Shown piece by piece: positions 20,227-29,762 of a DNA stretch of 64,000 nt (the first letter of the stretch is position 1; each line of letters starts with the position of its first letter). The stretch comes from Methanomassiliicoccaceae archaeon (GTDB lineage Archaea; Thermoplasmatota; Thermoplasmata; Methanomassiliicoccales; Methanomassiliicoccaceae): positions 416,001-480,000 of the forward strand of contig JAXGZN010000002.1 of assembly GCA_040776945.1 (NCBI GenBank), given 5' to 3'. The notes below the pieces were generated by a model that did no database searches, was not told the DNA's origin, and was given only the letters and a program-made list of their open reading frames with translations. A program made the translations under genes and the position numbers.

Positions 20227-20418
20227 ATGAACGACCATCATGCTCATACGCACAAGCATGAGCGGACCAAGCATACTCATGAGCACCATGAGGACGAGCA
20301 CCACACCCATGCACACTCCGGCGAGGAGGGCAGTGAGCCGCACACACACGAGCACGAGCATGCCGAGATCACCCACTCTCACCCTCATAAAGAGGGTAAA
20401 CATCACGGTAAAGAGTGA
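20227..20418 (+). CDS. Histidine-rich small protein (63 aa, 22 His), putative Ni/Co storage protein or chaperone
   Basis: MNDHHAHTHKHERTKHTHEHHEDEHHTHAHSGEEGSEPHTHEHEHAEITHSHPHKEGKHHGKE. TAAATAAA box ~25 nt upstream. Alternative start 20209. Confidence 0.8.
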   Translation: MNDHHAHTHKHERTKHTHEHHEDEHHTHAHSGEEGSEPHTHEHEHAEITHSHPHKEGKHHGKE

Positions 20419-20538
20419 TATACGAACCCTTCATCTGCGCTCAATCCCTTCCTTAGCGACAATAATGGTCTGAGGCACGGTACGGTCCAACACATATGCC
20501 GTTGCAGCTATCGATATGGCCTGAAGGCCTAGAACGAT

Positions 20539-20609
20539 AAAAAAAGATGGAGAGGAAACGGGCGGAGGAAACAATATGGCGATAGTTGACAGGTCTCCCG
20601 TTTCCCGTC
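20539..20609 (-). ncRNA. Candidate small regulatory RNA (~70 nt) with anti-RBS/anti-AUG loop
   Basis: TTTATAAA box at 20630-20637, 9-bp stem GGAAACGGG/CCCGUUUCC, loop containing GCCAUAUUGUUUCCUCC, and a U7 tract at the 3' end. Confidence 0.55.
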
Positions 20610-20620
20610 ATAGGTATTTC

Positions 20621-20647
20621 TTGCTACGATTTATAAATTCGTAATAC
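20621..20647. promoter_or_regulatory. NikR-type operator overlapping a TATA box
   Basis: Minus strand GTATTAC-gaatttataaatc-GTAGCAA (7-13-7 palindrome), with the same geometry as 37597-37623. Confidence 0.6.
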
Positions 20648-21191
20648 TAATTCATCGAAACAATGGCCTTCGCTTATAAGCACGACATCGTCCCCGATCA
20701 TCGCCCGGCGATCTACTTTCCGCTGCACCGGTCGCGTCGTCGGTTTCGTCCCCACACCGCTCCTCACGGCCCGTCGGCGAGATGTTGGACGAATATTGGA
20801 AAACCTCCTGCCGCGTTATAAAGGCGGCCTTTGTGAAGGCGGGGAAAGGATCGCGCCAAGTTCTCAGCGGATGCAGCCGCCCAGCAACATCATCATCCAT
20901 TCCGCATTATTCGACATCAGCATAATTGGCCTAGGAGCATGATAATTGAGAGGTACGCAGGCCCCATGTCACTCATAGGCAGGCATCGGGGCAGTCCGTG
21001 GAGAGGGCGGTTGCCGGCCTGGGTAGCGGAAGGCCGCTCCGGACAACGTTCTGGGTCCACGGTCCATCTTCGGATGCCGCGGAGAGATCGCCATCAGGCG
21101 GCCGAGGTCATACGCCATCCGACCCCGGCCCCATCAGTTCTCGCGGCCTTTTTAAATTCAAAGAAAGCTTCCGAACGGATCTCTTCCCCTC

Positions 21192-21213
21192 ATAAGTTGG
21201 ATGTTGCATCCAA
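21192..21213. promoter_or_regulatory. Palindromic operator TTGGATG-N3-CATCCAA upstream of the hem operon
   Basis: ATAAG-TTGGATG-TTG-CATCCAA next to an AAATAAATA element. A matching copy is at 34862-34883. Confidence 0.7.
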
Positions 21214-21271
21214 ATAAATAAGGGCATTATCTTATTACCGAGCTGAAATACGGTCGTGACAAGGGGATCAA

Positions 21272-21880
21272 ATGCTGCCGATATGGTTAGATCTGCATGC
21301 TCGGAAGGCGGCTGTCTTCGGAGGGGGCGCAGTGGGCAGGAGGAAGGCGAACTACCTGGCGGGAGAGGCCGAGGTCAAGGTGATCTCCAAAAAGTTCGTG
21401 GACGGTTTCCTCCCCCAGGTTCAGCTAGTAGAGGGAGAGATAAATGAACATCTTGTTCACACCATCGGTTGGGCAGACCTTGTTATCGCTGCGACCAACG
21501 ATCGGGACCTGAACGATGCCATCGCCGCGGAGGCGGCCGTCCAAGGCAAGTACTGCAACCGCGCTGACGGCGTGTCTACGTTCCTAATCCCATCATTGGT
21601 GGAGCGTGATAATTATAAGGTGGCGATCTCCACAGAGGGGCGAAGCCCAGGCATGTCCAAATACCTCCGCCTGGAGCTGGACAGGTTCCTTGGACGGAAA
21701 TACGACCTCATGGTGTCCTTGCAGGAGGAGCTGCGGGAGGCCGCCAAACGCAGCATACCTTCTCAGATGGAGAGGGAGAAGAAGCTCTGGCAGGTGCTCG
21801 AGGACCGTGATGTGTGGAGCGCCTTGGAGAACGATCTCCCGCGGGCCCGCGAACTGGCCATGCAGAAGTTGGTGGGATGA
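21272..21880 (+). CDS. sirC: Precorrin-2 dehydrogenase (SirC / CysG N-terminal / Met8-like)
   Basis: MLPIWLDL, VFGGGAVGRRK, IAATND, AISTEGRSP motifs. Confidence 0.88.
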   Translation: MLPIWLDLHARKAAVFGGGAVGRRKANYLAGEAEVKVISKKFVDGFLPQVQLVEGEINEHLVHTIGWADLVIAATNDRDLNDAIAAEAAVQGKYCNRADGVSTFLIPSLVERDNYKVAISTEGRSPGMSKYLRLELDRFLGRKYDLMVSLQEELREAAKRSIPSQMEREKKLWQVLEDRDVWSALENDLPRARELAMQKLVG

Positions 21881-23157
21881 TGGACTCTATCCTGAGCGCT
21901 CACATCACCCACAAACAGGCGCTGATGTCGGACATCGAAAAACTGGCCGAACTGGACCCATCAAGGCTCCTGAGGTCGGCGATCGGCCTGCCCGGGGCCA
22001 CCGAATGCGTCGCCCTTCGGACCTGCAACCGGGTGGAGATCTACTTGGCGACCAGCGAGCCGGTGAGGACCAGGAAGGCTCTTGAGGATCTCATCAACGG
22101 GTTGGTCCCCTTCGACGCGGACCAGAGCCTGGTGCAGTACCTGGCTAACAGGGACTCGGTGAAACACATCCTCAGGGTGGCAAGTGGCCTGGAGTCCATG
22201 ATCATCGGGGAGGACCAGATACAGTCTCAAGTGAAGGAGGCGTTCGAACATGCCGAGAAGGAGGGCACGGTGGGGCCGATGCTCTCGATAGTGTTCCGGA
22301 AGGCGATCTCCACCGGCAAGAAGGTACGCAGCGAGACCAGGGTCAACAAGGGCTGCGTTTCCGTTGGCTCCGCAGCGGTCGAGCTGGCCGAGGAGAAATT
22401 GGGGACGCTTGCGGGAAAGAACATCCTGGTCGTCGGGGCCGGGGAGATGGCCACCCTCATAGCTAAGCACCTGGTAGGGAAGGAGCCAAAGGCGATCTTC
22501 GTCTCAAACCGCACCTATGCAAGGGCGGTGGAGCTGGCATGGGTCCTTCACGGGAAAGCTGTAAGGTTCGACAACTTCATCGAGTTCATATCCCAGGCCG
22601 ACGTGGTTCTGGTGGCGACCTCGGCCACTCACATGATCCTCACCAAGGACCATATGGAGAAGGCGATGAAAGGGCGAAAGGGGAACTCCAAGATTATGGT
22701 CATCGACGTCAGCTTCCCGCGTAATGTCGAGCCCCAGGTCTCTGGCGTTCCCGGAGTGGAACTGTTCGATATAGACGGCCTGCGCGGGAAGGCGGAGGAG
22801 AACCTCCTGAGGCGCCGGGCGGAGATCCGCAACGCCGAGGCCATAATCGCCTCGGAGCTGAGCTCACTGGGCAAGCGCATCAAGGAGATGAAAGCGGACG
22901 AGATCTTGGCGCGCCTATACGGAAAATACTCGGAGATCAGGGAACGGGAGGTACAGAAGGCCTTGAACCGCCTCGCTTCCGGCAGCGAGCCGGCCGAGGA
23001 GGTCCTCAGGGACCTCGCGCAGGCAATGATGAAACGCTTCCTGGCCGATCCTACCAAGGTGCTGAAGGACGCGTGCCGGGAGGGTGAGATCGACATCATC
23101 GAGATCATGCAGGAGATATTCAGACTGGAGGGTGCGCTCGATGTATCCAGCAAATAG
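21877..23157 (+). CDS. hemA: Glutamyl-tRNA reductase
   Basis: [38 protein letters not shown] motifs. ATGA overlap with sirC. Confidence 0.95.
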   Translation: MMDSILSAHITHKQALMSDIEKLAELDPSRLLRSAIGLPGATECVALRTCNRVEIYLATSEPVRTRKALEDLINGLVPFDADQSLVQYLANRDSVKHILRVASGLESMIIGEDQIQSQVKEAFEHAEKEGTVGPMLSIVFRKAISTGKKVRSETRVNKGCVSVGSAAVELAEEKLGTLAGKNILVVGAGEMATLIAKHLVGKEPKAIFVSNRTYARAVELAWVLHGKAVRFDNFIEFISQADVVLVATSATHMILTKDHMEKAMKGRKGNSKIMVIDVSFPRNVEPQVSGVPGVELFDIDGLRGKAEENLLRRRAEIRNAEAIIASELSSLGKRIKEMKADEILARLYGKYSEIREREVQKALNRLASGSEPAEEVLRDLAQAMMKRFLADPTKVLKDACREGEIDIIEIMQEIFRLEGALDVSSK

Positions 23158-24115
23158 GGGGAGAAGACTGAGGGCAACAGCTGCCCTGAGGGATATGGTG
23201 AGAGAGAACGACCTGTCGTGCGGGGACCTTATCTATCCGCTTTTCGTGAACGAGGGCCTGGGCACTCCCAAGGGGATTGGGTCCATGCCGGGTGTAAGCG
23301 CTCATCCCCTGAGCGGCATTGCCAGGGAAGCGGAGGAGGTCGAGGGCCTGGGGGTCCCCGCGGTGCTGGTGTTCGGCGTGCCCAAGGCAAAGGATGCGAA
23401 GGGGAGCGGAGCGTGGGCCAGGGACGGGATCGCCCAGAGAGCGATGCGCGAGATAGCATCAGCGACCGACCTTACGATAATCGCCGATCTATGCCTGTGC
23501 GAGTACACCGACCACGGGCACTGCGGGGTCCTTCAAGGCGATATCGTGGACAACGATCCCACATTGGAACTGTACGGGCTCACCGCCGTCAGCCAGGCCG
23601 AGGCCGGCGCGGACATCATAGCGCCGTCGGGCATGATGGACGGACAGGTGCGGGCGATAAGGGAGGCCTTGGACAAGGCCGGCTTCCAGAACGTGGCCAT
23701 AATGTCCTATGCCGCCAAGTACGCCTCGGCGTTCTACGGTCCGTTCCGCGATGCCGCCGAGAGCGCGCCCAAGACCGGGGACAGGAGAACGCACCAGATG
23801 GACCCTGGCAACTCCAGGGAAGCCATCAGGGAGATGCGCCAGGACGTGGAGGAGGGCGCCGACATGCTGATGGTCAAGCCCGCCATGACCTATCTTGACA
23901 TCGTCCGGGAGGCCCGGAGGACGTTCGACGTGCCCCTCGCCGCATACAATGTCAGCGGGGAATACTCGATGATCAAGGCCGCCGCGGCCAATGGATGGCT
24001 GGACCATGACCGGGCTATGATGGAAACGCTGCTATCTATAAAGAGGGCCGGCGCGGACATGATCGTGACCTACTTCGCTAAGGAGGCCGCCTCCCTGCTG
24101 GAGGGTGGGAGATGA
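23141..24115 (+). CDS. hemB: Porphobilinogen synthase
   Basis: [43 protein letters not shown] motifs. Confidence 0.96.
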   Translation: MYPANRGRRLRATAALRDMVRENDLSCGDLIYPLFVNEGLGTPKGIGSMPGVSAHPLSGIAREAEEVEGLGVPAVLVFGVPKAKDAKGSGAWARDGIAQRAMREIASATDLTIIADLCLCEYTDHGHCGVLQGDIVDNDPTLELYGLTAVSQAEAGADIIAPSGMMDGQVRAIREALDKAGFQNVAIMSYAAKYASAFYGPFRDAAESAPKTGDRRTHQMDPGNSREAIREMRQDVEEGADMLMVKPAMTYLDIVREARRTFDVPLAAYNVSGEYSMIKAAAANGWLDHDRAMMETLLSIKRAGADMIVTYFAKEAASLLEGGR

Positions 24116-25389
24116 GCGCTGATCGGTCCTCGAGGCTTTATAAGCGGGCCAAGGAGCTGATGCCTGGAGGCGTGTCCTCTCCGGTCCGCGCCTTCCGACC
24201 ATATCCCAGATATATATCGTCGGGAAAGGGCTCGCACATCACCGATGTTGACGGACGAGAGTACATCGATCTCTGCATGGCCTTCGGCCCCCTGGTGCTC
24301 GGTCATGCCCATCCCGCAGTGGTCCGGGCGCTCCAGCGGCAGGCGGAGAGGGGAACGCTCTACGGCGCCCCGGTGGAGGCCGAGATAGAGTATGCCGAGA
24401 TGATACGGAGGAGCTTCCCCTCGATGGAGATGATGCGCATGGTGAGCACCGGCACCGAGGCCACCATGCACGCCCTGCGGCTGGCCCGCGGATATACTGG
24501 ACGCAAGAAGATAATCAAGTTCGAAGGATGCTTCCACGGGGCCCACGACGCCGTCCTGGTTAAGGCCGGCTCGGGAGCGACGACGCACAGCGCCCCCAAT
24601 TCCCTAGGGGTGCTCGAGGAAGTGGCCGGCAACACTCTGCTGGCAAGGTACAACGACCTGTCATCGGTGCGGGCGGCGCTGGAGGCCAACAAGGGAGAGG
24701 TGGCGGCATTGATCGTAGAACCGGTAATGGGGAACGTCGGCCCCATCCTCCCCCGCCCGGGGTTCCTGCAGGGCCTTAGGGACATGGCCGACGAGCACGG
24801 CTCCCTGCTGGTCTTCGACGAGGTGATCACCGGCTTCAGGCTGAGCATGGGAGGCGCGCAGGGCCTCTATGGCATCATGCCAGACATCACCACGTTGGGC
24901 AAGATCGCCGGCGGAGGCATGCCCATCGGGGTTTTCGGCGCAAGGGAGGAGATAATGCGGTTGGTGTCTCCGCTCGGCAAGGTCTATCAGGCCGGTACCT
25001 TCTCGGGTAACCCTATGTCACTGGCCGCGGGAATGGCGACCGTCAAGGAGCTGGAGCGACAGGGACATGGCGAGCTTGACCGAAAGGGGGCCGCACTGCG
25101 GGATGGCCTAAAGGAAGCACTGCAAGAATGCAAGGTCCCCCACCAGGTGGCCGGAGTCGGCTCAATGTTCCAGCTGTTCCTAGGTCCGGCCGAGGTGGTT
25201 AACTACCAGGACGCCCTGAGGGCCGACACCGCGCTCTTCGACAGGATGTTCCTGCGCCTTCTGGATGCCGGTATCTACCTGGCGCCGTCTCAGTTCGAGA
25301 CGAACTTCCTGTCAACGGCGCACAGCGACGAGGACGTAAGGCGGACCGTCGACGCGATCTCCGAGGCCTTGACGGAGGCGTCAGCATGA
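24112..25389 (+). CDS. hemL: Glutamate-1-semialdehyde 2,1-aminomutase
   Basis: [44 protein letters not shown] motifs. Confidence 0.96.
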   Translation: MSADRSSRLYKRAKELMPGGVSSPVRAFRPYPRYISSGKGSHITDVDGREYIDLCMAFGPLVLGHAHPAVVRALQRQAERGTLYGAPVEAEIEYAEMIRRSFPSMEMMRMVSTGTEATMHALRLARGYTGRKKIIKFEGCFHGAHDAVLVKAGSGATTHSAPNSLGVLEEVAGNTLLARYNDLSSVRAALEANKGEVAALIVEPVMGNVGPILPRPGFLQGLRDMADEHGSLLVFDEVITGFRLSMGGAQGLYGIMPDITTLGKIAGGGMPIGVFGAREEIMRLVSPLGKVYQAGTFSGNPMSLAAGMATVKELERQGHGELDRKGAALRDGLKEALQECKVPHQVAGVGSMFQLFLGPAEVVNYQDALRADTALFDRMFLRLLDAGIYLAPSQFETNFLSTAHSDEDVRRTVDAISEALTEASA

Positions 25390-26276
25390 TCATCGGCACA
25401 AGAGGGAGCGCCCTGGCCCTGGCCCAGACCGCCCTGGTGGTGAAGGAGCTGGAGAGGCGGTGCCCGGGTGTGGAGCTGGAGGTGCGTGAGATCAGAACGG
25501 TAGGGGACAGGGTCACCGACCGTCCCCTGTCCTCGCTGGGAGGCTATGGCGCGTTCACCAAGGAACTGGACCAGCGCATCGTTTCCGGGGAGGTGGACAT
25601 CGCAGTCAATAGTCTCAAGGACATGCCGGTGGACCTGACACCGGGGACCGAGCTTGCGGCGGTCCTGCCCCGCGCCCCGGTGGAGGACGTGCTGCTGTCA
25701 AAGGTCCCCCTCGACGAGCTTCCGAAGGGAGCGGTGGTCGGATCGTCCAGTGTCCGTCGCCGCTCGCTGCTCCTATGGAAGCGGCCGGACCTGGAGGTAA
25801 GGGACCTAAGGGGCAACGTGCCGACCAGGATCAGGAAATGGAAGGAGGGGGAGTACGACGCGATCGTACTGGCCCGGGCCGGCATCCTCCGTCTGGGCAT
25901 AACGGAGCGGTTCCACGTGCTCGATCCAGAGATTTTCACTCCCGCGCCCGGACAGGGGGCCATCGCAGTGGTGTGCGCCTCTGGGAGCGAGCACCTTCCG
26001 CGCCTCCGCCGGCTTGATGACCACGGCACCAGGGTAGCGGTGGAGGCCGAGAGGAACGTTCTCCGGGCCTTGGGGGGCGGCTGCTCTGTCCCCATAGGCG
26101 TATGGGCCGTCCCGCAAGGCGATGGGCTCAGGGTCCGCGGCTCGGTCATATCCGGGCGTCCGGAGGACAGCGTGTTCGTGGACCGCACGGTGCCGCTTGA
26201 GAGCATGACGGAAGGATTGGCGGCTATCGCTGAAGAGATGCGCCCGGCGGTCAGGGGGTGCGGGCTTGCCCGGTGA
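25386..26276 (+). CDS. hemC: Hydroxymethylbilane synthase
   Basis: IGTRGSALALAQ, SLKDMP, GSSSVRR, LRGNVPTR, GGGCSVPIG motifs. Confidence 0.96.
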   Translation: MIIGTRGSALALAQTALVVKELERRCPGVELEVREIRTVGDRVTDRPLSSLGGYGAFTKELDQRIVSGEVDIAVNSLKDMPVDLTPGTELAAVLPRAPVEDVLLSKVPLDELPKGAVVGSSSVRRRSLLLWKRPDLEVRDLRGNVPTRIRKWKEGEYDAIVLARAGILRLGITERFHVLDPEIFTPAPGQGAIAVVCASGSEHLPRLRRLDDHGTRVAVEAERNVLRALGGGCSVPIGVWAVPQGDGLRVRGSVISGRPEDSVFVDRTVPLESMTEGLAAIAEEMRPAVRGCGLAR

Positions 26277-27009
26277 CGTCTACCTCGTGGGGGCGGGGCC
26301 GGGGGACATCGGCCTGATAACCGTTCGCGGCCTGGAGCTAATAGCCGCCGCGGACGTCATCATCTACGACCAACTGGCGAACCCGGACCTTCTGGGCCAT
26401 GCCAGGAAGGACGCGAAGCTCATCGATGTCGGCAAGCAGGGCGGACTTCACAAGGTTAAGCAGGAAGGCATCAACGAGATGATCATCGAGGAATCGATGA
26501 GGAACCAATTGGTGGTCCGATTGAAGGGGGGCGACCCCTTCTTGTTCGGCCGCGGAGGGGAGGAGGCCGAGGAGCTGCGAAAGGCCGGGGTCAGCGTTCA
26601 TGTAGTTCCCGGGGTCACGTCGGCGATCGCCGCCCCGGCCATGGCCGGGATACCGGTCACGCACAGGGACCACGCGCCAATGGTCACCTTCGTGACCGGG
26701 CACGAGCGGGACGACCGGCCAGACGAGAGGATCGACTGGAACGTTCTGGCCAATACCGGCGGGACCATAGTGATCCTCATGGGGATGGCCCGGCTGGGGC
26801 ACAACATGGCCCGTTTGATCGACGGGGGAATGGACCCCTCGACGCCGGTGGCGGTGGTGCACCGGGGCTCCACGCCATTTCAGAAGGTCGTGCTGTCCAC
26901 CGTCAAGGATGTGGAGGAGGAGTGCCGCCAGAAAGGCGTCGGCTCACCGGCGGTGGTCGTGGTCGGGGGCGTGGCTACGCTGCGCGGGATACTGGGTGAT
27001 CTCCAATGA
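26266..27009 (+). CDS. cobA: Uroporphyrinogen-III C-methyltransferase (SUMT)
   Basis: VGAGPGD, RLKGGDPFLFGRGGEE, VPGVTSA, IPVTHR motifs. Confidence 0.95.
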   Translation: MPGDVYLVGAGPGDIGLITVRGLELIAAADVIIYDQLANPDLLGHARKDAKLIDVGKQGGLHKVKQEGINEMIIEESMRNQLVVRLKGGDPFLFGRGGEEAEELRKAGVSVHVVPGVTSAIAAPAMAGIPVTHRDHAPMVTFVTGHERDDRPDERIDWNVLANTGGTIVILMGMARLGHNMARLIDGGMDPSTPVAVVHRGSTPFQKVVLSTVKDVEEECRQKGVGSPAVVVVGGVATLRGILGDLQ

Positions 27010-27782
27010 GGCTTGCGGTGATGCGCCCGGCGGACAAGCTGGAAGCCTCCGCTCAGTTGGCCAGGGAGATGGGGTTCGATGTTGTGGCCGCCTCTCCCCT
27101 CAGGATCGAGGCCAACGACGGGCCGGAGATCGATTCGTTCGTAAGATCCGCCAAGAAGGGCGAGGTTGACGTGGTCGTACTGGCGAGCTCCACCGGCGTT
27201 GAGGCCCTGACCAAGATGCTTTCGAGGCGGGGGGAGGACGCCGGGGACCTGCTTTCCCGGACCTGGCGCATAGCCATCGGTCCTCTCACGGCAAAGGCGA
27301 TGAGGGCCCACGGTATCGGCGTCGATGCCATCCCCGAAGAGTACTCCTCCGAGGGCCTGGTGCGGCAGATGGCGTGCGAGCTGTCGGGAAAGCGAGTGTA
27401 CCTGCTACGCTCCTCGCATGGGGAGCGTATCCTTTTCGATGGGCTGGCCGAGGCCGGGGCGGACGTGACCGAGATAGTGCTCTATAACCTGGTGCCCGAC
27501 CCCCTCGCCTCGGAAGTCCGGCATCTGGTGGAGGAGAGCTTGGCCGGGAGGATCGATGCCTTCGCGTTCTCCTCCTCGCTCTCGGCAGCGTCGTTCATCG
27601 AGGCCGCGGAGATGGTGGCCCCCAGAGAGAGGATCATCGGCATGCTGAACTCTCGGGTGGTGGGGGCGATGGGCGGACCGACCAGGAGGAACCTGGAGCG
27701 GATGGGCGTACATGTCCATGCCGTTCCTGCCAGCGCGACCTTCCATGCTCTGCTCGAGGCCATGGTCCCTTTGTGCCGTTAG
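27006..27782 (+). CDS. hemD: Uroporphyrinogen-III synthase
   Basis: AVMRP, ASSTGV, AIGPLTAKAM, PEEYSSEGL, FSSSLS motifs and position in the hem operon. Confidence 0.9.
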   Translation: MRLAVMRPADKLEASAQLAREMGFDVVAASPLRIEANDGPEIDSFVRSAKKGEVDVVVLASSTGVEALTKMLSRRGEDAGDLLSRTWRIAIGPLTAKAMRAHGIGVDAIPEEYSSEGLVRQMACELSGKRVYLLRSSHGERILFDGLAEAGADVTEIVLYNLVPDPLASEVRHLVEESLAGRIDAFAFSSSLSAASFIEAAEMVAPRERIIGMLNSRVVGAMGGPTRRNLERMGVHVHAVPASATFHALLEAMVPLCR

Positions 27783-27820
27783 CAGGGCTCCGTTCCGATC
27801 CCTGCCTAGCGCCCCCGACG

Positions 27821-29173
27821 TCAATAGACCTCTCCGAGGCATGTCCGGGACATGTTCCGCGCAAGGTCCAGGTCGCTTCCGAAGTGGAGGTGCATGTATG
27901 AGGCCATGGCTGCCTTCCTGATCATGCCGTCCATCGACCCATCGGCCCCCTTGGGCCTCGACAGCTCATAGCACATGTCCTGGCGGTGCGAGATTATCCT
28001 GGAATAGTGGAACACATGGCCCCTTGTCCTGCCTCCGGCAGTTGAAAGTAAGCAATCCTTGGTGAAGCGTGCCTCCACGTAGCCTAGCGCCTGCAGCTTC
28101 GAGGTCATCTCCACCTCGGCATCGAAGACACCGACCATCTTCCTGACCTCGCCGCCGAGGCCTCTCACAGACCGGCACAGGTACATCAGTCCACCGCACT
28201 CCGCGTAAACAGGCGTTCCTTCCTTTGCTCTCCTAAGCAGCGACTCGCGCATAGGGGCGTTCGATTCCAGCGCGTCCAGGTGAAGTTCGGGGTAACCCCC
28301 GCCGATATAATAGCCGTCAGCGTCCGGCAGGTCGCCCGCCAACGGGGAGAACTCCACTATATCGGCTCCCAAGGACCTCAGGATGTCTAGGTTGTCCTCA
28401 TAGTAGAAGTTGAAGGCAGCATCCCTTGCCACCCCCAGTTTGAAATCGCCTATTCTCTCAATGGGCGGCCCCTCCGTCGTCTCCCAATCTGGGGATTCGG
28501 TAGCGATGCTGACCAGGAGGTCGAGGTCCAGGTTGTCCTCCACCGTCTCCCTGATGACCTCGTACCTCTGGACGTTGTCCATCTCACCCGCCGGTACGAG
28601 GCCCAGATGCCTGCTCTCCAGACCGATCCCCTTGTTCTTGGGTATCCCCCCCAGGCTCACCAGGCCAGACCCTTCGATGGCCTCCTCGAGCATCTGCAGG
28701 TGACGCGGCCCGGCCACCCGATTGAATATGACCCCCCGGAGGTCGACCGCGGGGTCGAAGGAGCTGAAGCCTTTGGCGACCGCTGCCACGCTCCTTGCCG
28801 CGGAGGCCGCGTCCAGCACCAGTATAACCGGGCAACCGAGGGCCTTCGCCAGGTGGGCGGAGCTTCCCACCTCGTTCCTTCCGTCCAGACCGTCGTACAG
28901 GCCCATCGCCCCCTCCACGACGCTGACGTCCGCGCCCTCTGACGCTGCCTGGAACGAAACGGACACCCAATCCGGAAACATCCACGTGTCCAGGTTGCGG
29001 GACGCCCTTCCGGCGGCCTTTGTATGGTGCATGGGGTCCAGGAAGTCCGGGCCGGATTTGAACGGCTGGACCGCAAGCCCTCTTGCCTTCAGGGCCAAGA
29101 GCGTTCCGATGGTGATGGTGGACTTCCCTGTACCGCTCCTTTCCCCGGCGAGCATGAGCCTTGGCCGGAGCAC
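27821..29173 (-). CDS. cbiA: Cobyrinate a,c-diamide synthase
   Basis: SGTGKS, FKSGPDFLDP, EGAMGLYDG, AECGGLMYL motifs. End of the cbi operon and paralog of cfbB. Confidence 0.92.
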   Translation of the reverse strand: MLRPRLMLAGERSGTGKSTITIGTLLALKARGLAVQPFKSGPDFLDPMHHTKAAGRASRNLDTWMFPDWVSVSFQAASEGADVSVVEGAMGLYDGLDGRNEVGSSAHLAKALGCPVILVLDAASAARSVAAVAKGFSSFDPAVDLRGVIFNRVAGPRHLQMLEEAIEGSGLVSLGGIPKNKGIGLESRHLGLVPAGEMDNVQRYEVIRETVEDNLDLDLLVSIATESPDWETTEGPPIERIGDFKLGVARDAAFNFYYEDNLDILRSLGADIVEFSPLAGDLPDADGYYIGGGYPELHLDALESNAPMRESLLRRAKEGTPVYAECGGLMYLCRSVRGLGGEVRKMVGVFDAEVEMTSKLQALGYVEARFTKDCLLSTAGGRTRGHVFHYSRIISHRQDMCYELSRPKGADGSMDGMIRKAAMASYMHLHFGSDLDLARNMSRTCLGEVY

Positions 29174-29177
29174 GAGA

Positions 29178-29762
29178 TCACGGCTCCCTGATCAGTACGA
29201 GGGAGAACAGGCGGGATGAGACAGAAGGCGGCCTGCGGGCGGTGCCGAAGGAGATGGACTCATTAGGGTAGCCTAGGTTCTCCAGAACGATCACGGTGCA
29301 TTCATGGTCCTTGTCAGCGATGAACGAGGCCAGGGCGTCGAGGTCGAAGCCTGGCCCGGTAAGCACGTAAGGTATGCGGCCTCTGGCTAGCTCATCAGCG
29401 ATCTCATGCCTGGCCGTCTTCTCGTCCTTCCCATGGGCATCCACCACGACCGCCTTGGCCAGCGGCAGGCGGAGGCGGGAGAATGCACATTGCATCGATG
29501 ATATTCCGGGAACGACCTCCGTTCCCAGGTGGCCCAATCCGGCGAGCATGGGGTCTCCGGTGGACAATAGCACGGCATCGTCGGGCAAATCGCCAAGCGT
29601 GGAGTAGTTGGTTATCCTGTTCACCTGGCAGGACGCAGGGATGAAGGGGCGGGCGATGGCGATGGCACGTTCGGAACCGAAGACCTTGGTGGCGGCACGC
29701 AGGCGGTCTATGGCATCCACGGTCAGCATGCCAGGTCCGCAACCTACTCCCACCACGATCAT
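29178..29762 (-). CDS. cbiE: Cobalt-precorrin-7 C5-methyltransferase
   Basis: VGVGCGPG, LSTGDPMLAGLG, PGISS, ENLGYPNE motifs. Confidence 0.88.
   Translation of the reverse strand: MIVVGVGCGPGMLTVDAIDRLRAATKVFGSERAIAIARPFIPASCQVNRITNYSTLGDLPDDAVLLSTGDPMLAGLGHLGTEVVPGISSMQCAFSRLRLPLAKAVVVDAHGKDEKTARHEIADELARGRIPYVLTGPGFDLDALASFIADKDHECTVIVLENLGYPNESISFGTARRPPSVSSRLFSLVLIREP

Noticed and set aside
20576-20644. Plus-strand 22-aa ORF (MAIVDRSPVSRHRYFLLRFINS) with a perfect GGAGG RBS
   Set aside because: It runs through the operator and TATA box and has no recognisable features. The minus-strand TATA, stem and U7 architecture explains the sequence better. It is kept as the main alternative to the sRNA model.
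20650-21190. Cobalamin or other riboswitch, or a hidden gene, upstream of the hem operon
   Set aside because: No B12-box or other conserved riboswitch motif is visible, and the short ORFs have non-protein-like composition.
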